The notes: generated by a model not told the origin, from the sequence alone. DNA of 64,000 bases from Octopus sinensis (GCF_006345805.1 NC_042997.1:186496001-186560000), one strand, 5' to 3'. Shown: positions 1-12,629, numbered from the stretch's first letter. Numbers and translations are program-made.

Positions 1-245
1 CTTTCTCTCCTTATTCTCTTCATTCTAATCATTCTCTCTCTCCACTCCTTACTCTTCAATCTCAATGCTCTCCCCCCTCTCCCCCCCTCCCCCCTCTCCC
101 CCTCCTCTCCCCCCTTCTTCCACTCCTTACTCTTCAATCTCAATGCTCTCCCCCTCTCTCCCTCTCTCTCTGTCCACTCCTTACTCTTCAATCTCAATGC
201 TCTCCTCCTCTCTCTCCCCCCTCTCTCCCTCCTCTCTCTCTCTCA
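1..245. repeat. CT-rich low complexity with 3 copies of a ~34-bp motif
   Basis: CCACTCCTTACTCTTCAATCTCAATGCTCTCC occurs at ~41, ~120 and ~175, separated by CT tracts. Confidence 0.85.
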
Positions 246-627
246 ACATTACAGAAATATCTTATCTATTAATAACAGAAATATTTATTAAAATTGTTTC
301 GATTAGACTGTGTTTATTTATCTGTTGTTTAACTTAACTTTATTTAAAATCTATTTTTTTTAAATAAATTTTCTTTCAGTGTTGTTTGCCATTTAAAAAA
401 TATATATTTCATATTTTATTTGTTCTCATTTCATTTTATTATATATTTTTTTATATTTTAGTTATCATAATTTTTATTTTGTTTTAGTTAACATTTTTTT
501 ATATTTATTAATTTTATTTTATTATATTTTTATTTTTAATTATTGATTTTTATATTTGAAATGTATTTGTATTTTCATATTGTAAACATTATTCTTTGTA
601 TTTCTTTTGAATTTCAGCTCCACAGAT

Positions 628-725
628 AACAACAACAACAACAATAATAATAATGATAATAATAATAATAATAATAATAACAACAACAACAACAATAATA
701 ATACTAATACTAATAGTAATAATAA
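628..725. repeat. (AAC)n/(AAT)n microsatellite
   Basis: Direct inspection. Confidence 0.95.
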
Positions 726-795
726 ATTATGTTTATGAAAGCAATGACGATGAAGGGCTATGATTATCACACTATGATGACGTGTCGCTACGCCG

Positions 796-1300
796 GTGGT
801 GGTGGTGGTGGTGGCGGCAGCGGCGGCAGCGATAGCGGCGGCAGCGACAGCGGCGGCAGCGACAGCGATAGCGGCAGCGGCGGAGAAAGCGACAGCGGCG
901 GCAGCGGCGGCGGCAGCGACAGCGGGGTTAGCGGCAGCGACAGCGGCGGCAGTGGAGGCACCCCGCGGTGACAGCGGCAGCAGTGGCGGCGACAGCGGCA
1001 GCAGTGGCGGCGACAGCGGCAGCAGTGGCGGCGACAGCGGCAGCAGTGGCGGCGACAGCGGCAGCAGTGGCGGCAGCAGTGGCGGCGGCAGAGGTGGGGG
1101 AAGTAGCGGTCGCAGTTGCGGCGGCGACAGCGGTGGTGGTGATAATGGTGGTGTGGTGCTGGTGACGGAGGAGGCAGTGGTGGTGACGATACCGGTGACG
1201 GGGGTGATCGTGATGACGGTAGTGGTGGTTTGGGTGGCGGCGGTGTTCGTGCTGGTCATCGTGATGTTGAAGATGATGATGATGATGATGATGATGACTG

Positions 1301-1338
<38 letters not shown>

Positions 1339-1372
1339 GTGATGATGATGATGATGATGATGATGATGACTG

Positions 1373-1419
<47 letters not shown>

Positions 1420-1460
1420 GTGATGGTGATGTCGTTGTCATCATGGTGGCGTCCGTGGTG
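796..1460. repeat. GGC/AGC-rich tandem repeats (21-bp unit at ~964-1080) followed by (GAT)n
   Basis: GGCGGCGACAGCGGCAGCAGT repeated about 4-5 times, then a long GAT tract at ~1270-1420. This explains the overlapping Gly/Ser/Asp/Met-rich ORFs. Confidence 0.9.
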
Positions 1461-1766
1461 GTGGCGATGGCTGAAGGCGTGGCAAAATTATTTAGGCATT
1501 ATTCCTCCTGTGTCGTTCTGAGTTCGAATCTTGTTGGGGTCAGCTGCGCCTTTTGTTCCTATGGGGGAGTCGCTAGAAGCTGCAACAGCAGCAGCCACTT
1601 GGTGTTAATGTGTCTGTCCCTGCAAAACCCCAGGGCCTTGTGCCAATTTTAGAAATAATTAGCGTTATTAAGAGTAATAGTGTGACAATGAATAGTTCGC
1701 AGAATCACTAGCGAAACAGGCAACATGTCTGCGATATTTATTTGTGCTTCTATATTTCGACTTCAG

Positions 1767-1992
1767 ATCTCACCGAGATCTGCACACGCTGTCGGCTTCA
1801 CCTGAGCTCTGGCCCGCGGCTTCCAAACACGCCAGGATCAATGAAATGAAATTCCAGCCAATTACTGGAGTCAAAAACTCCGCATACCGGAAGCCAGCAA
1901 GTGTATGGGGTTATCAGGAGAGAATGCGCACCGTTTCGGGGCCTACCCCTCGACGGCATCAAAGCGCACCAGCCCCCCCCCCTCCTCACTGA
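1767..1992 (+). CDS. Candidate terminal coding exon (SHRDLHTLSASPELWP...APAPPPPH*), product unknown
   Basis: Pyrimidine tract plus ttcag acceptor at 1766, open frame to TGA at 1990-1992, AATAAA at 2028-2033. No recognisable homology; could instead be LTR-derived. Confidence 0.2.
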
Positions 1993-2279
1993 TATGAGGC
2001 CCCGCTTACTAGATCAACTGGTTATCAAATAAAGCTCAATATTCTTCTGGCCATCGCTCATCGCCTCTTTTTAACCAAATCCAGTGGCTAGCCTTCTCCA
2101 CCGTAGTTTGGATATCGGTCACGGTGGAATTGACTTTATATCCATTAAAAAAATACACGAGCAAAGTCATGGGTCATGATAACCTTTATTCTTTCAACAC
2201 TTATGTAACACTGAATACGCGCATATCTCGGAAGTACTCCTGGCTGTCTGTGTATATGCCCATCTGTCAATAAATCCAT

Positions 2280-2347
<68 letters not shown>

Positions 2348-2843
2348 GTCATGGATCCAAGGGCTACTGTGTAACTCGTAAAATCTTAGATCTGCTCCAT
2401 AAAAGTTCTACTCTAAGATGAAGTTTCCTCCGTGCCCACGCGTGTGTGTATGTGATTGTAGAGGGCCAGCAGCTGTTCCTGCGTGTAATCCTGCTTTCTC
2501 CATACGACTAATGTCGTCTAAGCGAAAGACAAGAATTGGTACAACTTGGCATCAATGTCATCTCAGATGTCATTACCATCAGAACGGAAAGAACTGGAAA
2601 TGTAATTACCGCAAGCCATTCTCTCTAGCTTCTAACAATACCACCAACTCAACGCCCAGAGCCCAGACCAGGTACTTTATTTATCGATTCTAAACTGACG
2701 AAGGGAAAAGCTGACCTCAGCAAGATTTAAACTCAGAACGCAGAGAACCAAAATAAATACTTTGAGACAGATTTTTTCCGACGCGTTGCGATTTTGACAA
2801 TTCGCTGCCTTAGAAATAACACTACTAAATATCCACCTACTGA

Positions 2844-3144
2844 GACCCTCTTCGGTCATGAATGACCATGGGATTGCACATAGATAGTTACCCTCCCAGG
2901 CACAAGTCTGGGCAAGGTTGTTTATGGAGGACCAGCTGTCACCCATGCATACCGGCCTCCCCTCTCCACGCCACCAGTGTTATCCAAGTGACGTCCCAAC
3001 TCATTTCTACAGCTGAGTGAACTAGAGCAACGTGAAATAAAGTGTATTGCTCAAGAATACAACACGGAGCCCGGTTCGGGATTCGAACCCACAACCTCAC
3101 GAACATAAGCTCGACGCTCTAACCACTGAACCATGTTCCTTCAC
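2844..3144 (-). mobile_element. tRNA-derived SINE (family E)
   Basis: Minus strand begins GTGAAGGAACATGGTTCAGTGGTTAGAGCG (A box) ... GGTTCGAATCCC (B box), then core TTGAGCAATACACTTTATTTCACGTTGCTCTAGTTCACTCAGCTG, shared with 37503-37752. Confidence 0.8.
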
Positions 3145-3789
3145 AAATACCCACCAAAACTGCTATAAATGGTACTACATATACCTTAAAGTCCCTGATG
3201 ACAACTCGTGGTACCCCACCCCACCTCTTAGCACTACCTCCACCACCGTTGTATATGACATTGTCAAATCAGAATCATAAAGACTTTGGCCTCTTGTTTG
3301 GAATTGAGCTTTGATCAGTTCCTGACCTCTATAAAGCTCCATTACGATCCGTATTAGACGCATTTCATATAGGCTTACTACGCGTATATGTGGTGATTTC
3401 TACAGCTACACACTCTCGTTCATTACACCGCATATCAAATAATCCCATTCGACGAATTACCAAATATTTAATAACCAATACGCTTTAACTACTAACTTGT
3501 GTGTGTGTGTATGCGCGTGTGTTAAATCTTCAATTTGTTTTTGCTATGAATAGTCTCAAAGTCTCAGATCTAATGAACTGCTTATCCTCCCCAACCATGC
3601 CATTTCTTCCACCTGCTTTTCTTCTTCCAGTCATGTGTGTGTGTATGTGTGGTGTGTGCGTGAGTGCGTGTGCCTTTCACCTCCCACGCATTAAACACTG
3701 AACACTTTACCTCCTCCCTCATTAGAACAGCAAATCCCTGCAATTATTCCTCTCGCTCCGACCACGATTTCTCTACATTGCCAGTTCGC

Positions 3790-4060
3790 TTACTTGTTTG
3801 AGCTCTTGCGATCAAATCCTAATGGTGTCGTCGTGACATATCGTACACTAGTCTTTTCTATTTGTCTTGGGTGCGTGCCAGAGCTCGGACCACCTCTGAG
3901 AACTTTTTTTTTCTGATTGTTCCTTGACGTTAATCATCCATATTTTCTTCTATCGGCTGCTTTCCTGCTCCACAGTTAAAATGGTCTTTGCAAGGCCACT
4001 GGATCTTCTTACATTGCCATATCGTTTCAGTTCTTCTTTCCTTTAACCATCGTGAAGAAG
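3790..4060 (-). mobile_element. Decayed RTE-clade LINE, 3' end of ORF
   Basis: Minus translation gives KRYGNVRRSSGLAKTIL and WMINVKE, matching the RTE C-terminal WYGHV.R..GLAKTILQG...RW.DNIKEW pattern. Frameshifted. Confidence 0.7.
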
Positions 4061-4163
4061 TCTTCGTGGCGGTTAACATCATGGTTGATGGTTACCCAAA
4101 ATTGATTGTTTCAATCCAAGAATTACATCCAATTCACTAGTCTGTGATGATCTATAAAGGTTA

Positions 4164-4475
4164 TCACCGTGATCACTGTGACCGACCAGGCTATCAGATG
4201 TTGCTACACATCGCTTGTCACAATGCGCTTCGCATTGTTTTAGTCTTCAAATGACGCCACCCCGCGGGCTAAGCGAGCAGGCCAACAGAAGAAAGAGTGA
4301 GAGAATGTTGTGGAAAAAGAGGACAGCAGGGATCGCCACCACCCCCTGCTGGAGCCTCATGGAGCTTTAGGTGTTTTCGCTCAATAAACATTCACAACGC
4401 CCGATCTGGGAATCAAAACCACGATCCTACAACCGAGAGTCCGCTGCGCTAACCACTGGGCCATTGCGCCTCCAC
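4164..4475 (-). mobile_element. tRNA-derived SINE (family C), full length with 10-bp TSD
   Basis: Head GTGGAGGCGCAATGGCCCAGTGGTTAG. TSD ATAAAGGTTA at 4154-4163 and 4476-4485. Homologous copies at 21171, 27250 and 60501. Confidence 0.92.
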
Positions 4476-4589
4476 ATAAAGGTTATAGCTACTATTTATA
4501 TCATCACCCAGATGCCCTCCCTGTATCCATGGGTCAACTTGCAAGCCCCAGTTCCTTATGTGTTGTATTAAAAATTACCCAGGATCTTG

Positions 4590-4720
4590 TTTCCCGTCCA
4601 TTCTTTGATTTCGTCACTTCACAATTGTCTTCGATGGCCTCTTGCTCTCTTACCATCAAAACTTCTGGTCAGAATGGTCATGGGCAGTGACACGCGGTCC
4701 ATCGTCTGTCCAAAATATTA
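4590..4720 (-). mobile_element. Second decayed RTE-clade 3' ORF fragment
   Basis: Minus translation SLPMTILTRSFDGKRARGHRRQL*SDEIKEWTG resembles RTE TILQG.V.GKR.RGR.R..W.D.IKEWTG. Confidence 0.65.
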
Positions 4721-4766
4721 TAGTTTTGTAAACTTCATTCACGACCATTATTCTTTTCTGCTGTAG

Positions 4767-5350
4767 GAACAAGGCTCGAAATCTTTTGGCGAGGGGGCCA
4801 GTCGATTTGATCGACCCCAGTACGCAACTGGTACTTAATTTATAGACCCTGAAAAGATGAAAGGCGAAGTCGACGTCGGCGGAATTTGAACTCAAAACGT
4901 AAAGACAGATCTCAAAACATAATGACAGACGAAATACCTATTTCTTTACTACTCACAAGGGGCTACACACAGAGAAGACAAACAAGAACAGACAGACGGA
5001 CTTAAGTCGATTATATCAACCCCAGTGCGTAACTGGTACTTATTTAATCGACCCCGAAAGGATGAAAGGCAAAGTCGACCTCGGCGGAATTTGAACTCAG
5101 AACGTAGCGGCAGACGAAATACCTATTTCTTTACTACCCACAAGGGGCTAAACACAGAGAGGACAAACAAGGACAGACAAAGGGATTAAGTCGATTATAT
5201 CGAGCCCAGTGCGTAACTGGTACTTATTTAATCGACCCCGAAAGGATGAAAGGCAAAGTCGACCTCGACAGAATTTGAACTCAGAACGTAGCGGCAGACG
5301 AAAAGCCGCTAAGTATTTCGCCGGGCGTGCTAACGTTTCTGCCAGCTGGC
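4767..5350 (-). mobile_element. Family A SINE concatemer: head plus two 184-185-bp units, joined to an older A' copy
   Basis: Repeated core CCCCGAAAGGATGAAAGGCAAAGTCGACCTCGGCGGAATTTGAACTCAGAACG. Junction GAAATACCTATTTC at 4931 and 5116. tRNA-like head at 5300-5350. Confidence 0.9.
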
Positions 5351-5460
5351 TACGTAAGACAGCTTTTAGCTAATAAATTTTGTTTAATGTATTTTCATGC
5401 TACGTCGTTTTTCCAGTTAGACCGCATGTCTTAGACTAATTACCGACGTAAGCTGAGGAG

Positions 5461-6032
<572 letters not shown>

Positions 6033-6219
6033 CGAGGGTTTCTTTCAGTTTCCGTCAGCCAAATTCACAGTTGATGCCTTTGAAATTGCAATGAAGGAGC
6101 CTTGGATCTAGGTTAGAAACCGGCTCTTTCTCTGTTGGTAAGAAATCTTGAGATAAAACTGAATAATAACGTACGTACATACATACATACATATTTACAC
6201 ACACACACACACAAACACT

Positions 6220-6254
<35 letters not shown>

Positions 6255-6769
6255 CATGCATACGTATATGCATACACACATACGTACGTGTGTGTGTGAG
6301 TGTATGTGTGTGTGTTGTGTGTGTGTGTTGTGTGTGTGTGTGTGTGTGTTTGTTTGTGTCTGTTTACCATGAATGCCCTCCACTCTCACACTCTCTTTGC
6401 CCTTCACCGGCCACCATTGTCTTCCCCCCAAAAAAACATTGCACGACCATTGCTATTTCTGGCAGGTTGAGAAAAGAAAGAACAAATGAATAAAGAAGGA
6501 CGGGAAAGAAGTGAAGAAGGTTTGAGATTTTTGGAGGCATGTTAAAGAGTGAAGGGGGGGGGTAGCAAAAATTTGAGGTGAAGTGGTGGGACACATGGTG
6601 ATGCGGAGGGCGGTTCGAGTTTCTGACATCAGTAAACCGATAGATTTACGTTGTAATTCTTTTTTTTTTTTGTTTTCAATTTTTCTGGGGTTTTTTTACC
6701 TCCTTATTTGTCACCAACCAAACCTTCACCGCCCAGCTGCCATCATTAACCGCTATATTCCCTATTATC

Positions 6770-7200
6770 ACCACCACCGCCATCGCCGCCGCCGCCACCG
6801 CCACAACCACCACCACCATCGCCAGCACCACCAGCACCATCACAACCACCGTCACCACCGCTTTCGCCACCACCACAACCTCCACTACCGACACCACCAC
6901 CACCACCGACACCACCACCACCACCACCGACACCACCACCGACACCACCACCGACACCATCACCGACACCACCACCACCATCGACACCACCACCACCGCC
7001 GACACCACCACCATTTGTTATGTCACCACTATTGAAGTCATTTCCATTACCCCCGAACACAGAGCAGACATACCAACAGGTCACTAGCCCCACTTACTCG
7101 AGTCGTCATCACCACCACCACCGACACCACCACCACCACTACCACCACTACCACCACCATCATCACCATCATCCCCACCCACCCACCCCTACCATATCCT
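6770..7200. repeat. Degenerate (CAC/CCA/CCG)n low-complexity tract
   Basis: Source of the His-, Pro- and Thr-rich ORFs in all frames. Confidence 0.9.
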
Positions 7201-7633
7201 CCCACACATTAACCATCAAGACAATTCTACCTATAGCCTCCCCGCCACCATCTCCACCAAATACGACACGAACGTTACCCCATTATTTACACCCATGGCT
7301 CTCAAATAATAATAATTATTGTTATTATTACTATTAGGGTTACTATATTATTATTATTATTATTATTATTATCATTCCAGTTCTGATATTATGTTCCTGT
7401 CAACACATGAGATAGATTTCAACATAAATACTGCTAGTGTCTGTGGAATGACATGCTGGCTCCTTTAGTCGAGGGGAAGAAGACGAATTTCCAAACATAT
7501 TCCTAACCCTAACTCCTACTCTAAACAAGACCCTTTTCTTTTTCACTTTTATAATTTTGGTTCCTAATTTTCTTCTTTTTTTTTAAAGTTCTGCTTTCAG
7601 TCTTCTTCATTATTATTATTATTATTATTATTA

Positions 7634-7667
<34 letters not shown>

Positions 7668-7809
7668 TTCTGTTTTCGTTGTTCCTTCTCTCACCTTCTC
7701 AGGACTATTTAGTGACAATTTATAATACTTCTGCGAAGACCTCCACCCTCGGTTCACATAACTACGATAAACAATAGCCTTAATTCCCGCCTTTATTTAT
7801 TTATGTATT

Positions 7810-7955
<146 letters not shown>

Positions 7956-8373
7956 TAGACAGAATGGGATAACAAAGGCAAGGCTGTGAGGAGTTTTGAG
8001 GACATTTATAAGGGAATAGACTTACAGCTGTTTCTCGGATATTATGGATATCCCTTCATCAGAGACGGTGTGAGAAGGTTTAATAGAGGAAATATCTGAG
8101 TTCGAATTATTATGGAAAAGAAGGAGATAGGGGAATATAGAGGGAAATAAGATATATAACAGTTTCATTATTCGAAGAAAATGCTGTACAGAAGTGGTAA
8201 AAAAAAGTTTCCTGTACATGGAAATTAAGTTCCAATAGCAGTTCATGTTTAGTCATTTCAAAGTACGGAGATGTGGATTCTGTGTTGCTTGTTCGAAAGG
8301 GCAAGCTGTCTGTGCTAAATCGTTGTTGAAAACTTATAAAATTTGAAGTGAAATAAATTCCCTGATATATATA

Positions 8374-8409
<36 letters not shown>

Positions 8410-8441
8410 TGTATGTATGTATGTATGTATGTATGTATGTA

Positions 8442-8770
8442 TAATACAAAATGGGACAAGAACGCAAAACATCCGGACAGCTAGGTGATACAAAAAAGGA
8501 CAACAAAACATCCAGATAGACGATACAAAGAAAACAAGGACGGGTCATTCGAAGTTTTCTTTCCTCAGTCAAGCACCAGATTATCCTCGCAATTTCGGCT
8601 GTTTATTCTTGAGATTGCTCCAGTCTGGCCAGCCCCAAGGAAAACTAAGCTGAGAGCATTAGATTCCTTGGAAGAAAGCAGCGAATGTATACAAAAACAA
8701 GGACGGAAAAAACGGACAATTTTACACAAATATAAATACAATAAAAAAAATACAATAAAAATAATAACAG
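8442..8770 (-). mobile_element. Microsatellite-embedded non-autonomous element (family I), possibly Penelope-related
   Basis: Core TCAAGA...CAGCCGAAATTGC...ATCTGG...CTTGACTGANGA...TTCGAATG shared with 26930-27075 in the opposite orientation. Flanked by TATG/TA repeats. Confidence 0.6.
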
Positions 8771-8783
8771 GACATATATATAT

Positions 8784-8784
<1 letters not shown>

Positions 8785-8837
<53 letters not shown>

Positions 8838-8905
8838 GGATGGATGGATGGATGGATGGATGGATGGATGGATGGATGGATGGATAGATAGATAGATAGA
8901 TAGAT

Positions 8906-8974
<69 letters not shown>

Positions 8975-8975
8975 G
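8785..8975. repeat. (GATA)n-(GATG)n microsatellite
   Basis: Direct inspection. Confidence 0.95.
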
Positions 8976-9286
8976 TAGATATTTCTCCAACAGGTAAAAT
9001 GGCCGCGTTGCCAACGTATCTGAGTAGTAGTTAAGTTGGAATTCTGAAGCAGTATATGACAAAAATGCTTTATATTTTAAATATTGACAGTCATGTCGTC
9101 GGTTGATTTCGATCAGAAATTGATATCTGAGGCCTCCTCCCGAAATATGGGAGTATGTGAGAGAGAGGGAGAGAGAGAGATGGAATATGAATGAATGGGT
9201 AAGCGAATGAGGGATAATGTAGAAGTGAAGTGGGTGACAGAGATAGTATGGGAGTGGAGAGGTGAGGGAGGGTGTATGTGGGTGTG

Positions 9287-9318
<32 letters not shown>

Positions 9319-9948
9319 TAAAGTTTGGGCAAATGGTAGTATGTGTTTGAAGATGAATGAGTAAGAATGAATGCAAATGAGTGAGTGGCAGAGAGAGTGT
9401 GAGTGAGAGATAGAGGAAAAAGTATGGAGGGGACTGGAGGAGGCAAGGAGCATGGCTGAGTGAGAGAAAGAGAGAGTAACTGTGATTATGAAAAAAATAA
9501 GCGAAATAATTAGAGAGAGGAAATGTCAGTGAGTGAATAAGGGAGAAAGTGAGTTAGTGTGCGTTACGAAGAGAAACGGAGAGAGAGAATTGTAATAAAA
9601 TTAGAGTCTTAACCAGAAAAAGATTTTGCCTTTGTCTCTCATTTTCATAACGCTGCAGAAACCGGAAGTAAGCAATCATAGACTTCATAACTGTATGAAT
9701 TAAAAGCCCTGCAGGCTAACTAGCATATTATTAGTCAAATCTCCTACCGTATAACCCGTTTCCCTCCTGCTCATAGGAGGGGAGAGGGATTTTCCATGAC
9801 AGGAGGTTCGGCTAATAAGGAATATATGTTACAGAGTGCTCTGGCCATTCCGGCATAACAAGGGATCTACTTGCATTAGCGAATAGTCGGCTGGTTATAT
9901 GGCGTCGACGTAATTCGTCAGCTTAATGTATAAGGCAGTGTGGTGGTG

Positions 9949-9996
<48 letters not shown>

Positions 9997-10096
9997 ACAA
10001 GGGATACATTGGACAATCTCGTCCCGAACGCTCAGGTGAGACGGTCATGACAGGAACGTCTTGATTATAAGTCTGGCCGAAGTGGATCTATAATCA

Positions 10097-10128
<32 letters not shown>

Positions 10129-10232
10129 ACAAGGAATACATTGGACAATCTCGTCCCGAATGCTCAGATGGAACGGTCGTGACAGGAACGGCTTGATTAT
10201 AAGTCTGACCGAAGTAGATCTATAATCAAAAT

Positions 10233-10270
<38 letters not shown>

Positions 10271-10628
10271 TAGTAGTAATAATAATTGTTGTCGTTTTGT
10301 TGTTTAAGTTCCCAGTTAGCTCTGATCGAGTAAACCTATGTGTGAAAGACGGTTCGACTTGTTCCTTTTTTCCTACGACTGTAATTCCTAAGGCTGTAAT
10401 TTGAAATAGATTTTGCTACAGTTTTATTAGCGGTTTCTATAGATATTTGGTTTCTTCTGCTTCTTCAATATTTCCCGGCTAAGTTTTACACGCGCAGACC
10501 TTAAACCAAGAGAATAAGCTTAATAGCCATGCCAAATCTTTTAAGTCCTGTATATAAGCTGTATTTTAGTCTTCTCAACGACCATAACATTTTATAATGT
10601 CGGATTTAGCTCCCGAATCTACAACATA

Positions 10629-10906
10629 CGTGATCTGATCAAACAGTATCCGAACTGTTGCCATAGTAACGAAGCTAAAGCACGCAGTGTAAAGCCGCTT
10701 GGCACAGATTGACCTTGAACTCTGCTGTGCATACACACTAAGTTTAAACGTTGTAGCTTGCTTCTACTACAGCAGTGATTGGAAGGAAGGTGTGTAGCGT
10801 GTGATCGTCGCATTGACCATGACAGAGAAAGTTGAGCAGAGAATCTGCATCAAATTTTGCTAAAAGCTTGGCGATACCTGTTCAGAGGCCTACGCAAAGT
10901 TTTCAA
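10629..10906 (+). mobile_element. 5' fragment of a mariner transposon
   Basis: TA followed by TIR-like CGTGATCTGATCAAACAGTATCCG. ATG at 10819 gives MTEKVEQRICIKFC*KLGDTCSEAY, the mariner N-terminal EQR..IKFC.KLG motif, with a stop at 10861. No right TIR seen. Confidence 0.8.
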
Positions 10907-11578
10907 AAAAAAATGTGTTTTCATGTCTGTTTATCCCCCACCTCAGCTTGAAAACTGATGTTAGAGAGTTTTCGTCCCCATAACTTAAGCCGTTCGTCAA
11001 ACTAATGTGGAACAAAGGTTCACAATTGCGATCTTGATAACTTCAATAAAGGACTGTGGAAATATAGCCAGGGACGCGCTCTGTATGGGAACCAAATAGT
11101 AAAGTACGTAACACTAATGATCTTGGGTTGTAGAATTCTTCTGAAATATTGTCAATGTCGAGATGCGTGTGAGTTATGATGACATGTAACTGCAGTGGCA
11201 TAAATGAACAACCGTAAACTACACGCTTCATGTATCTTGGTCTTTTAATCTGTGCTTCTCAAACTGACCAGTACCATCAGCATCTCCAATATGATTTTAG
11301 TGAAACTTTTTGTTCCACCGTTCCTTTACCAATACGAACAAAAAACGGTATTTACTTCCATATAATTCAATCTTTGCCATGATGCTGCACAAATTCAAAA
11401 TGTTTAAAGACCCGTCTAAATCTAAATGAGATTGGTAATTTCCTTCCGCTTTTCAATCCTCACAATCTTACAAGGATACTTCAAAGATTGAAGCAATGGT
11501 TTAGCTCACCCTTCTCCCAAATATCGCTCAGCTAGAGTAGATCCTTTATCAAAGGCCTCCCAAACGTGACCATCCTAT

Positions 11579-11674
<96 letters not shown>

Positions 11675-11717
11675 GCAGACAGATAGATAATATACATATA
11701 TATACATACACACACAG

Positions 11718-11804
<87 letters not shown>

Positions 11805-11823
11805 TAGACAGGCAAACAGACAG

Positions 11824-11854
<31 letters not shown>

Positions 11855-11877
11855 TAGACAGACAGACAGACAGATAT

Positions 11878-11942
<65 letters not shown>

Positions 11943-12414
11943 GGGAAGGAGGGAGAATCGACAAAAAAAAATACACTCCATCAAATAAGAGATAAATATC
12001 AATTTAATACACAACCGAAAATGTTACTAATATCTAATTTTATGCTTTTATGATACTTGAACAGGTATATTTATAAAATAACGCCATGTATGTCCAAGAA
12101 ATCTTTCAGATCTGGAATTATACTGTCTGTTGAAATCACAGCACCATTTTTATTTTTTTTATTTTTAGTAATGAGAACACAAAACAGAGCTTACTTCCAT
12201 ATAATTCAGTCTTCGCCATGGTGTTGGAGACACTGAAAATGTTTAAATCCCATCTAAATCTAAATGAAATTGATAATTTTGCTCCCTTTTCCAATTCTCA
12301 AAATCTTACAAGGATACTTAAAGGATTGAAACAACAGATTGGAAAGCCTGTACGCCAGGTCGCTAAGCTCCAGCAAATCCCATATAAAGAACTCCCAAAC
12401 GTGATCATCCAGTC

Positions 12415-12457
<43 letters not shown>

Positions 12458-12629
12458 GTTTGCTGTTCCATATATTTAGGTTCAGCAAAGAAAAGTACAC
12501 GATTCACTGGGCGATAAATATTGACTGGAGGTACAAGACACTATATATTCTGCCAAACTTGGCAGGATACTATTAGTGGCTCATATTCAAATACTTTGTG
12601 CGTGTGTGCGCGCGCACGCGTGCGTATTT

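Noticed and set aside
5030-5125. HDV-like ribozyme at the SINE A junction (GGTATTT can pair with AAGTACC as a 7-bp P1)
   Set aside because: No P3/L3, P1.1 GG or J4/2 elements in the required positions.
4931-5300. CRISPR-like array or bona fide tRNA genes
   Set aside because: Units are contiguous 184-bp SINE bodies without unique spacers. Heads have A/B boxes but no complete cloverleaf.
6583-7337. His/Pro-rich ORFs as a real exon
   Set aside because: Stop-free frames follow from (CAC)n composition. The most protein-like frame has no strong acceptor after its upstream stop at 6747.
11159-11186. Minus-strand peptide VIITHTHLD resembling the metallo-beta-lactamase HxHxDH motif
   Set aside because: Lacks the final His, derives partly from a CACACG run, and has no other MBL motifs.
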